A DNA stretch of 48,052 nt from an uncultured Clostridia bacterium (GTDB lineage Bacteria > Bacillota > Clostridia > Oscillospirales > Acutalibacteraceae), in contig CAMKSB010000001.1 in assembly GCA_946415335.1 (NCBI GenBank), forward strand, positions 1-48,052. Reading direction: 5' to 3'. Position 1 is the first letter of the stretch. Each line of letters begins with the position of its first letter. The notes under the pieces are model-generated. The model saw only the letters and a list, made by a program, of their open reading frames with translations. It searched no databases and was not told the origin of the DNA. Below are positions 37,078-46,720 of this stretch, piece by piece. A program made the translations under genes and the position numbers.

Positions 37078-38908
37078 AGCAAACTCCCTCCCCGTATTTA
37101 GCCGCGCCGCAGCCGGAGCACTGTAAGCGGCAATGCGGCGTGGTGGTATTCTCATAGGCTTTTTGACATTCCTTTTTCAAGAACGCCTTGGTCACACCGT
37201 AGTCGATATGATCCCACGGCAGTATTTCGTCAAAGCTGCGACGGCGGTTGGCGTAAAACGCCGGATCAATACCGCATTCGTCAAAAATATCGAGCCATTT
37301 TTGCAGATCAAAGCAGTCATTCCAGCCATCAAAGTGAAAACCGCGATCACAGGCAAGCGCCATCGCCTTGCACAGACGGCGGTCGCCTCTGGCAAATACG
37401 GCTTCCAGAAAGCTGGTGTCCGCGTCGTGATAGTTAAAGGAGATCTTGCGCGTGGTGATGCTGTTCTTGATGTGCTCCTGCTTCTCATGGAGAACCGGGA
37501 TCGTGTCCTGCGGTTCCCACTGGAACGGCGTGAAGGGCTTCGGCACAAAGGAGGAAGCCGAAACGGTCACGCGGACAGATTTGCCCTTGGGACGGTTTTC
37601 CGTGTGATAATAGGTATCGACGACGTCCTGTCCGAGTCCGGCGATCGCCGCCACGTCGTCCATGGTCTCCGTCGGCAAGCCGATCATAAAGTACAGCTTG
37701 ACCGTCGTCCAGCCGCCTGCAAAGGCGGTAGCGCAGGTCTGCATCAGCTCGTCGTGCTGAACATTTTTATTGATGACGTCGCGCATACGCTGGCTGCCTG
37801 CTTCGGGAGCAAAGGTCAGACCGCTTTTGCGTACGGTTTTGATGCGGTTCATGATCTCGTCGGTGAAGCCGTCGACACGCAATGACGGCAGTGAAATACT
37901 GACCTTTTCATCCTTTGTCCAGCTTGTCAGCTGTTCGAGCAAGGGAACGATCTGACTGTAATCGCTGGAACTAAGTGAGGACAGCGAAACCTCGTCGTAA
38001 CCGGTATTCTCACAAAGCGCCTTGCACTGGGCGTTGATGACATCCGGGGATTTCTCGCGTACCGGACGGTAAATAAAGCCTGCCTGACAGAAACGGCAGC
38101 CGCGGATGCAGCCGCGAAAGATCTCCTGCACGGCTCTGTCGTGGACGATCTCGACAAGCGGAACAACAAAATTATCGGGATAGTAGGACTCGTCCATCTT
38201 CTTCATCAGGCGCTTGTGGATCACCGCAGGCGCACCGTCCTTTGGCGTAAAGCGCTTGATTGTGCCGTCTTCGTTGTAGTCGACATCGTAGAGCGACGGC
38301 ACATAAACACCCTCGATATCAGCGCACAAGCGCAGAAATTCCGCCTTTGACTTGCCCTCGTCGCGGCAACGGCGGAAAAGTTCCATCACCTCGAGGTCGA
38401 CCTCCTCGCCTTCACCGATGAAAAACAGGTCAACAAAATCGGCGATCGGCTCCGGATTGCAGGCACAGGGACCTCCGGCGACGACGATATTCTTCAATTC
38501 CGTTCGTTCGCTCGACAAGATCGGCACATTGCCCAGACGAAGCATATTGAGCATATTGGTGTAACTCAACTCATATTGCAGCGTGAAGCCGATAAAATCA
38601 AAATCCGAGATCGGGTCGCCGCTTTCCAGCGCGTACAATGGGATGTTATGTTCGCGCATGAGCTCCTCCATATCTGTCCAAGGAGCAAATACGCGCTCAC
38701 ACCAGATATCCTCCACGCTGTTGAACTGGCTGTAGAGTATCTTCATGCCCAGATGCGACATGCCTACCTCGTAGGTATCGGGAAAGCAGAAGGCAAACCG
38801 GACAGCGACCTTGCGCTTGTCCTTGATGACCTCGTTGAGCTCGCCGCCGACATATCTGCCGGGCTTCTGCACCTTGAGCAGTAGTTTTTCAACTTCCTTG
38901 CTGACCAT
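37052..38908 (-). CDS. TIGR03960-type B12-binding radical SAM protein
   Basis: VQKPGRYVGGE, FPDTYEVGMSH, RGCIRGCRFC, TFAPEAGS and KLYFMIGLP motifs; GGAGG RBS before the ATG at 38908. Confidence 0.93.
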   Translation of the reverse strand: MVSKEVEKLLLKVQKPGRYVGGELNEVIKDKRKVAVRFAFCFPDTYEVGMSHLGMKILYSQFNSVEDIWCERVFAPWTDMEELMREHNIPLYALESGDPISDFDFIGFTLQYELSYTNMLNMLRLGNVPILSSERTELKNIVVAGGPCACNPEPIADFVDLFFIGEGEEVDLEVMELFRRCRDEGKSKAEFLRLCADIEGVYVPSLYDVDYNEDGTIKRFTPKDGAPAVIHKRLMKKMDESYYPDNFVVPLVEIVHDRAVQEIFRGCIRGCRFCQAGFIYRPVREKSPDVINAQCKALCENTGYDEVSLSSLSSSDYSQIVPLLEQLTSWTKDEKVSISLPSLRVDGFTDEIMNRIKTVRKSGLTFAPEAGSQRMRDVINKNVQHDELMQTCATAFAGGWTTVKLYFMIGLPTETMDDVAAIAGLGQDVVDTYYHTENRPKGKSVRVTVSASSFVPKPFTPFQWEPQDTIPVLHEKQEHIKNSITTRKISFNYHDADTSFLEAVFARGDRRLCKAMALACDRGFHFDGWNDCFDLQKWLDIFDECGIDPAFYANRRRSFDEILPWDHIDYGVTKAFLKKECQKAYENTTTPHCRLQCSGCGAAKYGEGVCFEKRQNLV

Positions 38909-38919
38909 AGCAACCTCCG

Positions 38920-39528
38920 TCAGTCGTATTTCTCCTGCCGGACAATCAGCGCGAAAATCAAATAGGCGCAAACAAACAGGAGTGAAAAATTGTAGTGAGA
39001 ATGAAATAATACGAGAAATCCCAGCGCCAACGTCGGAAACAGTATCAGAAACGTGATCCGATAGACAAGCCGTGATGAACGATCCGGCGTGTGTTTCCGG
39101 CATAAGAGCAGATACAACAGCTGTCCGCCGTCAAGCGACATCACCGGCAACAGATTGAACAGTCCGACGCTGAGATTTGCCGCCGCTAATGGCAGCAGTT
39201 TTTCTATTCCTAATAAGTATAACAGATAAAGGAGAAGAAAACAAATAAAATTCGCCGCCGGACCGAAAAAAATAATCAGCAGGTTTTGGGCAAGTTGTCT
39301 TTCCGGGCGTTTATCATCTGTGATGACGATTTCAAAGGGGGCGATTTTAATTCTTTTCGGGAAATATCCAAATCGTTTCATCATCAAGAGATGACCGGAT
39401 TCATGGATAAGGATGGCGAGCACCGCACAGAGCGCGTCACGGAACACGCCCAAAATCAGGCTGATCGCGACAAGACAGAGCAGAAAATAGGAGATCTCGA
39501 TCTCGGTTTTGGCGATGCTAAACTTCAT
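38920..39528 (-). CDS. spoIVFB: M50 site-2 metalloprotease, SpoIVFB-like
   Basis: HESGH (HExxH), GPAAN and FNLLPVMSLDGG motifs; upstream of the TIGR03960/03936 pair as commonly seen in Clostridia. Confidence 0.75.
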   Translation of the reverse strand: MKFSIAKTEIEISYFLLCLVAISLILGVFRDALCAVLAILIHESGHLLMMKRFGYFPKRIKIAPFEIVITDDKRPERQLAQNLLIIFFGPAANFICFLLLYLLYLLGIEKLLPLAAANLSVGLFNLLPVMSLDGGQLLYLLLCRKHTPDRSSRLVYRITFLILFPTLALGFLVLFHSHYNFSLLFVCAYLIFALIVRQEKYD

Positions 39529-39874
39529 CCGCACTTGCCTTGCCGAAGAGTGAGGAAATGGAAAAGGAGTCGCCGCCTTCAAAGATCGCCGCGCTGTTGA
39601 GCCTTGTGTAATACCACTCGCGCACGGTATGATACCACTCTCCACCCATGCTTTTCAAGATAAACGCGCTGAGAGCCAACAGCGCACAGATAACCAGCTG
39701 AATGGTGATCAAAAGCTGCCGAGGCGGCATTTTCTCCTTGGACGGCTCTTCCGTCAGGTCTGAATATTCTAAATTAGAATTATTTTCGTTTGGCGTGTGA
39801 AACACCGGTATCTCCGGCTCGGTCACGTTTTGCCAGTTGTCATCATAGGTTATGGTATTTCTGTTTTCCTCCAA
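39518..39874 (-). CDS. Small single-TM protein at the spoIVFA position
   Basis: Acidic N-terminus, 'IQLVICALLALSAFILK' TM, short C-terminus; TTG start behind GAGGTGA; overlaps the spoIVFB start. Confidence 0.6.
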   Translation of the reverse strand: MEENRNTITYDDNWQNVTEPEIPVFHTPNENNSNLEYSDLTEEPSKEKMPPRQLLITIQLVICALLALSAFILKSMGGEWYHTVREWYYTRLNSAAIFEGGDSFSISSLFGKASADEV

Positions 39875-39880
39875 AAGTAT

Positions 39881-39920
39881 CACCTCAATGCAAGTATATG
39901 CACTGAGGTGAACAATCTTA
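39881..39920 (-). promoter_or_regulatory. sigmaE-like promoter within an inverted repeat
   Basis: -10 CATATACT (39893-39900) with a weak -35 (TAAGATT); inverted repeat CACCTCAgTGCA...TGCAtTGAGGTG. Confidence 0.45.
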
Positions 39921-41288
39921 ACTGAGTTTCCTGAAATCGCGCTTGACCAGATCGAAGAAGAAACAGAACGCGAGAATCAGACATCCGATCTCTGCAATCG
40001 GAAAAGCGAACCAGACCGCCTGAACGCCTGCTGTTATGGAGAGCAGGAAAGCGACCGGAAGCAAAATGAGCAGCTGTCTGCCGACGGACATCAGCAGCGA
40101 ACGGATGCCCTTTCCCACTGCCTGGAACAAGGTGGTAAACATGATGCCGACAGCCGCAGGCAAGAAACACAGGCTGACGATGCGGAAAGCCGGCACGCCG
40201 ACGTCCATCAGTTCCTGACCGCCGCCGAACATGGAGATCAGCTTATCGGGAATAAGCCACATCAGCAGCACGCCAACGGACATGATGATCAGGGCGATCA
40301 CGATACCGCATTTCAGCGCGCTGTAAACGCGCTGTTTATTGCGCGCCCCGTAGTTGTAGCCGATAACGGGCATCACGCCCTGGTTGAGCCCGAAGCACGG
40401 CATAAAGACAAAGCTCTGCAGCTTGAAATAAATACCGAATACCGTGACGGACACAGGCGAACCTGCCGCCATGAAAATTCCGTTGAGTCCGAGCATCATA
40501 ATCGCGCCGATGGACTGCATAATAATAGAAGGCAAACCGACGGCATAGATGTTCTTGAGCATCGCTCCGTCGAGGTGGAAGTTCTTGAAACTGACCTTGA
40601 CCTCATGATTTTTCCTGAAAAGAATAATAACAGCAAAGAGCATACCGCAGAACTGTCCGAAAACCGTCGCGATCGCCGCGCCGGAAACGCCAAATTCCGG
40701 GAAAAAGCCAATGCCGAATATCAGCAGCGGGTCAAAGATGATATTGATCACCGCGCCGAGCAGCTGAAAGAGCATGGGATAGATCATGTTGCCGGTCGCC
40801 TGCAAGGTCTTTTCGATCATCACCTGGATCGTTGAGAAAACCGAAAAGCAAAGCACGATCCTGAGGTACTGCACGCCGCAGTCGACAGTGTGCGCGTCAG
40901 CGGAAAAGAGTCCCATGAAAGGCTTGACCGCGAATAAGCCCAGCAGCAGAAATACCGAATAGGTAAAGGCACAGGTGATCAAGCCGTGCGTCGCGGCGGC
41001 GTTTGCCTGGTCATAGTTTTTCTCGCCCAGCTTGCGCGATACCAGCGAGTTGACGCCGATCGCCGTACCGACAGAAGCGGCAATCAGAAATAATTGAAGC
41101 GGATAAGCCAGCGAGATCGCCGTCAGTCCTGCCTGGTCATAGTTGCCGATAAAGATGCTGTCCACCACATTGTACATCGCCATGATGGTCATGGAAAACA
41201 TCGCCGGCAGCGACATCGACAGTATCAGCCGCACCATTGGCATGGTGCCCATTTTATTTTCTTGTCGCATTTCCTTTGTTTCGTTCAT
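39918..41288 (-). CDS. MATE family efflux transporter
   Basis: About 12 TMs; YNVVDSIF, INIIFDPLLIFG, GAAIATV and GYNYGA motifs. Confidence 0.95.
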   Translation of the reverse strand: MNETKEMRQENKMGTMPMVRLILSMSLPAMFSMTIMAMYNVVDSIFIGNYDQAGLTAISLAYPLQLFLIAASVGTAIGVNSLVSRKLGEKNYDQANAAATHGLITCAFTYSVFLLLGLFAVKPFMGLFSADAHTVDCGVQYLRIVLCFSVFSTIQVMIEKTLQATGNMIYPMLFQLLGAVINIIFDPLLIFGIGFFPEFGVSGAAIATVFGQFCGMLFAVIILFRKNHEVKVSFKNFHLDGAMLKNIYAVGLPSIIMQSIGAIMMLGLNGIFMAAGSPVSVTVFGIYFKLQSFVFMPCFGLNQGVMPVIGYNYGARNKQRVYSALKCGIVIALIIMSVGVLLMWLIPDKLISMFGGGQELMDVGVPAFRIVSLCFLPAAVGIMFTTLFQAVGKGIRSLLMSVGRQLLILLPVAFLLSITAGVQAVWFAFPIAEIGCLILAFCFFFDLVKRDFRKLS

Positions 41289-41769
41289 CTAATCCCTCAT
41301 TAACTGTAAGATTTTTTGCGTGTTTATAGATGGTATAAAAGAGCAGCATGACCGCCGTTCCGGTCAGAACGCCGGAAAAATCGATCCAAACGTCCACGAT
41401 CAAGCCGGCTCTGCCTTCGGAAAAAAGTTGGATGGTCTCGTCCGTCACCGCCGTGAGCAATCCGACAAAAAGCACCTGCACCAGATAGCGGTAAGGCTTG
41501 ATCCGGTCAAACGAATAGGCGCAGCTGGTGAGCATGGCGCCGATCACAGAAAATTCGGTATAATGCGCCAGCTTGCGCACGACTCCCGGCACTGCTTCCG
41601 GCGCAACGCCGAAAACCTGTAAGAAATTCCGGAGGATCATCACAAAGCCATTGCTCTCGGCAGATGATACCGACGCCGGCATCATGGAATGGACAAAGGC
41701 AAACGCGATGGACAGCCCGGACAATATCATAAAAATGACGCGAAAACGGGTCGACGCCCTGTTTGTCAT
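41254..41769 (-). CDS. VanZ-family membrane protein
   Basis: VRKLAHYTEF, DETIQLF.EGRAG and DVWIDFSG motifs. Confidence 0.88.
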   Translation of the reverse strand: MTNRASTRFRVIFMILSGLSIAFAFVHSMMPASVSSAESNGFVMILRNFLQVFGVAPEAVPGVVRKLAHYTEFSVIGAMLTSCAYSFDRIKPYRYLVQVLFVGLLTAVTDETIQLFSEGRAGLIVDVWIDFSGVLTGTAVMLLFYTIYKHAKNLTVNEGLDERNKGNATRK

Positions 41770-41934
41770 GTAATCACCTCTCTGTCTATTTTACAATAAA
41801 AAACAGGCTTGTCAATGACTAAGCGAGAAATTTTGGGAGATATGATGTATTTTATACAAAGATGAGATTTTCTATTGAAAATTCAGGCGGCTTCTGCTAT
41901 ACTGATTTCAATTGCGATTGTAAAGGAGAATTTT

Positions 41935-42441
41935 ATGTTTTGGCAATATGTGGCGATATTCTTTATTTCGATGGTTCCGATCGTAGAGCTGAGAGGCGCT
42001 ATCCCGGTTGCCGTCGGCATGGGTATGCAGGGTTGGCAGCTCTTTTGGGCGTATGTCGTCTGCGTCATCGGCAATATGCTGCCGGTACCGCTGATCTACT
42101 TCTTTGCCAGAAAGGTACTGATCTGGGGCAAGGATAAAAAGGTGATCGGCAAGTTCTTCACCTGGTGCTACAACAAGGGTGAAAAAGGCGGTCAAAAGCT
42201 GCAGGCAAAGGCAGGCAAAGGTCTGTTTATCGCCCTGATGCTCTTTGTCGGTATCCCGCTTCCCGGTACAGGCGCATGGACGGGTACGCTCGCGGCGAGC
42301 TTCCTCGATATGGGCTTCAAGAGAAGTACGATCGCTGTCATGTGCGGCGTTTTGATTGCCGGTATCATCATGGGCGCAGCGAGCCTGGCGGTCAGCATGG
42401 GCGCCGGCGGTATCTTCACGTTGCTCGCGCCAAAAGCATAA
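41935..42441 (+). CDS. Putative small multi-drug export protein (COG2426-like)
   Basis: SMVPIVELRGAIP and FVGIPLPGTGAWTG motifs; AAAGGAG RBS. Confidence 0.9.
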   Translation: MFWQYVAIFFISMVPIVELRGAIPVAVGMGMQGWQLFWAYVVCVIGNMLPVPLIYFFARKVLIWGKDKKVIGKFFTWCYNKGEKGGQKLQAKAGKGLFIALMLFVGIPLPGTGAWTGTLAASFLDMGFKRSTIAVMCGVLIAGIIMGAASLAVSMGAGGIFTLLAPKA

Positions 42442-42449
42442 GACTGTTA

Positions 42450-42478
42450 AAGGCAGCGTTTTGCTGCCTTATTTTTTC
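42450..42478 (+). terminator. Intrinsic terminator
   Basis: AAGGCAGC...GCTGCCTT followed by ATTTTTT. Confidence 0.65.
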
Positions 42479-42491
42479 ATGAGGTGAGAAT

Positions 42492-43700
42492 GTGAGAAGA
42501 GTATGGGACGTACTGATCCTGGGCGGCGGCGCTGCCGGACTGATCTGCGCCATTGAAACAAAACGGCGCAGCGGCGCAAAGTCGGTGGCGATCATTGAAA
42601 AGAACGACCGCGTCGGCAAAAAGCTGCTCGCCACCGGCAACGGCAGATGCAACCTGACGAATATGAAAATCAACGGAAATACGCGGGATTACTATGTCGG
42701 CAGCTTCTCAAAGCAGGCGGAAAGGCTGTTGCGGGAATTCGACGCCGACGCGCTGCGACGTTATTTCTCCGGTCTGGGACTTCTGACGAGAGAGGACAGC
42801 GAAGGCAGGTGCTATCCGATCACCAATCAGGCAAGCTCGGTGCTGGATGTGCTGCGTTTCGCGTGTGAGCGCGATGGCGTGGAAATACTCTGCGGAGAAC
42901 TGCCGCACAGCGTCAAAAAAAACGGCGAGCTCTTTCAGATCAAAACAGCGCAAAACGATTATACCGCGCGCAAGCTGGTGATCGCCTGCGGCTCTAAGGC
43001 TGCGCCGAAATTGGGCGGCAGTGCCGGCGGTCTGGATATCGCGCGGAATTTCGGACATAAAATCATCCCCTTCTCCCCTGCGCTCTGTCCGGTTCCGGTG
43101 AAATCCGATTTATTGCGCTCACTCAAAGGTCTTCGCGCGAAGGCGGCTGTCAGACTCCGGGAACATGCAGAGATCGGCGAAGTGCAGTTCACCGAGAACG
43201 CGCTGTCGGGTATCTGCGTATTCAATCTCTCTCTTTTTGCAAAACCGGGCGACGAGATCACCTTAGATCTGCTCAGTGATTATGCAGAGGAAACGGTATT
43301 CGAACTGATCGCGGAGAATAAAAACCGTTTTTCCGCGCTTTCCGCGGACAATCTGCTGACCGGAATGCTGCAAAAGCGGCTGGCACAGGCGGTCATGAAG
43401 CAAGCCGGGGTGACGAATTTTTCCCTAAACTGCAGCGATTTGTCTGTTGAGGATATCAAAGCGATCACGCATACTGTCAAGCACCTGCCCTTCACTGTCA
43501 ATAAGGTGAGCGGTTTTGAACAGGCGCAATGCGCGACGGGCGGCGTTTTGGGCAGTGAGATCAACGAACATACCATGGAGAGCAAAAAAATGAAGAATCT
43601 CTTTTTCTGCGGTGAAGTGATCGATATTTGCGGCTTATGCGGCGGCTTTAACCTTCATTTCGCCTTTGCAAGCGGTCATCGCGCAGGAGGCAGCTTATGA
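42492..43700 (+). CDS. HI0933/BaiN-family flavoprotein
   Basis: GGGAAGL, GKKLLATGNGRCNLTN, ATGGV and GEVIDI.G.CGGFNL motifs. Confidence 0.92.
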   Translation: MRRVWDVLILGGGAAGLICAIETKRRSGAKSVAIIEKNDRVGKKLLATGNGRCNLTNMKINGNTRDYYVGSFSKQAERLLREFDADALRRYFSGLGLLTREDSEGRCYPITNQASSVLDVLRFACERDGVEILCGELPHSVKKNGELFQIKTAQNDYTARKLVIACGSKAAPKLGGSAGGLDIARNFGHKIIPFSPALCPVPVKSDLLRSLKGLRAKAAVRLREHAEIGEVQFTENALSGICVFNLSLFAKPGDEITLDLLSDYAEETVFELIAENKNRFSALSADNLLTGMLQKRLAQAVMKQAGVTNFSLNCSDLSVEDIKAITHTVKHLPFTVNKVSGFEQAQCATGGVLGSEINEHTMESKKMKNLFFCGEVIDICGLCGGFNLHFAFASGHRAGGSL

Positions 43701-45295
43701 TTCGAATCAATAATATGCGGCTGCCGCTGGATTATACGGATGAAGTCATTCGTAAAAAAGTGTGCAGGGAACTAAAGATAGATAAAAGCGCTATCCGCGG
43801 CGTTTCGCTGTTTCGCCGCTCCGTAGACGCACGCAAAAAGGAGCAGATCCATTTTCTCTGTTCGGTAGACGTCACGCTGAACGGCAAAGAGGACGCCGTG
43901 CTGCGGCGTTGCAAAAACGCGGTGAAGGTCACGCCGTATCACTATGAGGTACCAAAGTGGAAAGGCGGCGCTTCTCCGGTGATCGTCGGCATGGGACCCG
44001 CCGGGCTGTTCGCCGGTCTGGTGCTCGCCCAAAGCGGCGCAAAGCCGATCATCATTGAACGCGGCAGGGACGTGGACAGCCGGACAAGAGATGTTTCTCA
44101 TTTTTGGCTGACCGGCAAACTGGACACTGCTTCCAACGTGCAGTTCGGCGAAGGGGGCGCCGGTACGTTCTCCGACGGAAAACTCAACACCGGCACGAAG
44201 GACAACCGCCAGCGCAAGGTATTGGAGGAATTCGTCAGTCACGGCGCACCGGACGAGATTTTGTACAACGCCAAGCCGCATATCGGCACGGACAAGCTGA
44301 AAATCACCGTCCGCAACATCCGAGAAGAGATCATAGCGCTTGGCGGTACGGTGATGTTTGAAGCCACGCTGACCGGCATTAAAGCTGATGATGAAAAAAT
44401 CACGGCGGCGGTCATTGAACGTGACGGCAAGAAGGAGATCATTGAAACGGACAGCCTGATTCTGGCGATCGGTCACAGCGCGAGAGATACCTTCGCGATA
44501 CTGCATGAACTGGGACTTCCGATGGAAGCAAAGCCGTTTTCTGTCGGCGCGCGTATCGAGCATCTGAGAGAAAAGATCGACCGGGCGCAGTACGGCATCT
44601 TTGCCGGTACCGGGCATCTGGGAGCCTCTTACTATAAAATGAATGTACACACGCAAAACGGCAGAGGCGCCTATACCTTCTGCATGTGCCCGGGCGGCAA
44701 GGTCGTCAACGCTTCCAGTGAACCGGGCAGGCTTTGCACCAACGGCATGAGTGAATTTGCCCGAAACGAGGTTAACTCCAACGCCGCCTTGCTGGTCGGC
44801 GTTTCGCCGGAGGACTTCGGCAGCGATTCGCCGCTTGCCGGTGTGGAATTTCAGCGCAAGCTGGAGGAAAGCGCCTTCGCTCTCGGCGGTTCCGATTATC
44901 ACGCGCCGGTTCAGCGCGTCGGTGATTTTCTCGCCGGAAGGAAAAGCGAGCGCCTCGGCGAAGTCCTGCCAAGCATTCAGCCGGGTACGACGCTGAGTAA
45001 CCTCCACGAGATTCTTCCGCAGGAGATCGGCGAAGCCATGAAGGAGGCGATCGTCGCGATGGGAAGAAAACTGCAGGGCTTTGACCATCCGGACGCAGTG
45101 CTGACCGGTCCGGAAACGCGCAGTTCCTCCCCTGTCCGGATCCTGCGGAGCATGGAAACGCTGGAAAGCGTGGGACTTGCCGGATTATACCCCTGCGGCG
45201 AGGGCGCCGGTTATGCCGGCGGGATCATCTCCGCTGCTGTGGACGGCATTAAATGCGCAGAAAAAATCATCGAAAAAACGGGAATGTGCAGCTGA
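43697..45295 (+). CDS. FAD-dependent oxidoreductase (COG2509-like)
   Basis: G.GPAGL, GEGGAGTFSDGKL, FCMCPGG, ETRSSSP and GEGAGYAGGI motifs. Confidence 0.92.
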   Translation: MIRINNMRLPLDYTDEVIRKKVCRELKIDKSAIRGVSLFRRSVDARKKEQIHFLCSVDVTLNGKEDAVLRRCKNAVKVTPYHYEVPKWKGGASPVIVGMGPAGLFAGLVLAQSGAKPIIIERGRDVDSRTRDVSHFWLTGKLDTASNVQFGEGGAGTFSDGKLNTGTKDNRQRKVLEEFVSHGAPDEILYNAKPHIGTDKLKITVRNIREEIIALGGTVMFEATLTGIKADDEKITAAVIERDGKKEIIETDSLILAIGHSARDTFAILHELGLPMEAKPFSVGARIEHLREKIDRAQYGIFAGTGHLGASYYKMNVHTQNGRGAYTFCMCPGGKVVNASSEPGRLCTNGMSEFARNEVNSNAALLVGVSPEDFGSDSPLAGVEFQRKLEESAFALGGSDYHAPVQRVGDFLAGRKSERLGEVLPSIQPGTTLSNLHEILPQEIGEAMKEAIVAMGRKLQGFDHPDAVLTGPETRSSSPVRILRSMETLESVGLAGLYPCGEGAGYAGGIISAAVDGIKCAEKIIEKTGMCS

Positions 45296-45311
45296 CACAT
45301 TCCCGTTTTTT
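45273..45311. terminator. Bidirectional terminator spanning the ends of two convergent genes
   Basis: Perfect 16-bp inverted repeat AAAAAACGGGAATGTG-N7-CACATTCCCGTTTTTT. Confidence 0.85.
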
Positions 45312-46107
45312 ATATAGAAAGTATTTTTTTCGTGTTGCGGTAGAGGATCTGTTCCTTTTCATCGTCGGTCAAGGGCAAGGAATGAAACAGCGAAAGGAAT
45401 TCCCTTTGACTGCGCCACGGCGAGTCAGTGGCGAAGAGGATCCTATCGGCGCCGTGAGCTCGGATGATCTCGACGCATTTTTCGGGATACAAATCCATGA
45501 CGGCTGCCGTATCCATCCAGACGGGCTTGCCGACGAGCTTTTCGAGCACCTCGTCCGGAAGTTCATAGCCGCCCATATGCGCGAGAATGAGTTTATCGTC
45601 GATCACGCCGCTGAGCCTTTCAAGCACCTCCAGCACCATATCCGGCGTACAGTGGACATGATCGCGGAACGCGACGTCGATGCCTGCATGTGTGACGATG
45701 TAAAGATCTCTTTTTGCGGCTTCTTCCATGATATGAACGCAGCGCTCATCGTTGAAATCGACTCCCTGGTAATCGGGATGCAGCTTGATGCCGAACAAGC
45801 CGCTGTTTTTGATGAAGTCGAGCGTTCCCCCGATGTCCTCGCAGTCGGGATGAAGCGAACCGGCGTAATAGATATGATCCTTTACGTTGAGCTCGGCAGA
45901 AAGCGCGTTAATAGAACGCTCCTGTTTCACGACCGTGGCGATCGGCAGGACGACGCTGATATCTACGCCGCTATCCTTCATGGATTGCAGCAACCCCGTT
46001 CTGGTACCGTCGGTATGCGGCGGCATTTTGCCTACCTCGGAAAGATGCGCGATCGTACGTCCGGCGATCTTGTCCGGAAAAGTATGCGTGTGAAAATCGA
46101 TAACCAT
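45310..46107 (-). CDS. Amidohydrolase_2 family metal-dependent hydrolase
   Basis: IDFHTH, GIKLHP, THAG, AHMGG and LFATDSPW motifs. Confidence 0.92.
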   Translation of the reverse strand: MVIDFHTHTFPDKIAGRTIAHLSEVGKMPPHTDGTRTGLLQSMKDSGVDISVVLPIATVVKQERSINALSAELNVKDHIYYAGSLHPDCEDIGGTLDFIKNSGLFGIKLHPDYQGVDFNDERCVHIMEEAAKRDLYIVTHAGIDVAFRDHVHCTPDMVLEVLERLSGVIDDKLILAHMGGYELPDEVLEKLVGKPVWMDTAAVMDLYPEKCVEIIRAHGADRILFATDSPWRSQREFLSLFHSLPLTDDEKEQILYRNTKKILSI

Positions 46108-46261
46108 GATATTCCCCCTATGAAAACAGCGCCATCAGGCGCTTACCTATTTTATCATGATAACACGGCAATGTCAATTTATAAAAAACAGGCAGCCGCT
46201 TGATTTTTTTGCCGGCTCTGTTATAATAGAAAAAGAGAAATCTTGAAAAGAGGTACTTGGA

Positions 46262-46720
46262 ATGGGCGCGCAAATCCGAAGACTGGAAAACACCCTGACG
46301 ACCATCGGCACCGGTATCGTGGCGATGGCGATCTGGCAAACGATCAAAATCATCCTGCAGCTTACGCTGCTCAACCAGATGGAAAAGAATGAAGAAACCA
46401 CCATCGGCGTCATTATCGCCATCTCGATCACCGTTTTTTTGGGACTGATCGAATGCTATATCGGTTTTTCCGCCCGGTCGGAAGGAAAAGGAAAAAAGAA
46501 AAGCGGCGTTTATCTCGTATGGACAGGGCTGTATTTGGCGGCATTTTTCGCCGTGCTCGTTTATGAAATCTATCTTATCTTCGCTGACTATGATTTCACG
46601 ATATCCACTATCGTGATCGTCATCATTGATATTTCGGCGTTCGTGCTGAATCTCGAAATGATGGTCTCCGCCATCAAAGTCAGAAGGCTGAGAAAGCTTA
46701 GCGCAGGAGGTACGGCATGA
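46262..46720 (+). CDS. Hypothetical 4-TM membrane protein
   Basis: Four hydrophobic segments; GAGG RBS; ATGA overlap with the next gene. Confidence 0.7.
   Translation: MGAQIRRLENTLTTIGTGIVAMAIWQTIKIILQLTLLNQMEKNEETTIGVIIAISITVFLGLIECYIGFSARSEGKGKKKSGVYLVWTGLYLAAFFAVLVYEIYLIFADYDFTISTIVIVIIDISAFVLNLEMMVSAIKVRRLRKLSAGGTA

Noticed and set aside
39918-42441. Resistance island (MATE, vanZ, small multidrug export)
   Set aside because: These are widespread core families in Clostridia; no van ligase or regulators and no mobility genes.
43772-46203. Long antisense ORFs 43772-45088 (-) and 45253-46203 (+)
   Set aside because: They overlap well-supported genes on the opposite strand and have no recognisable motifs.
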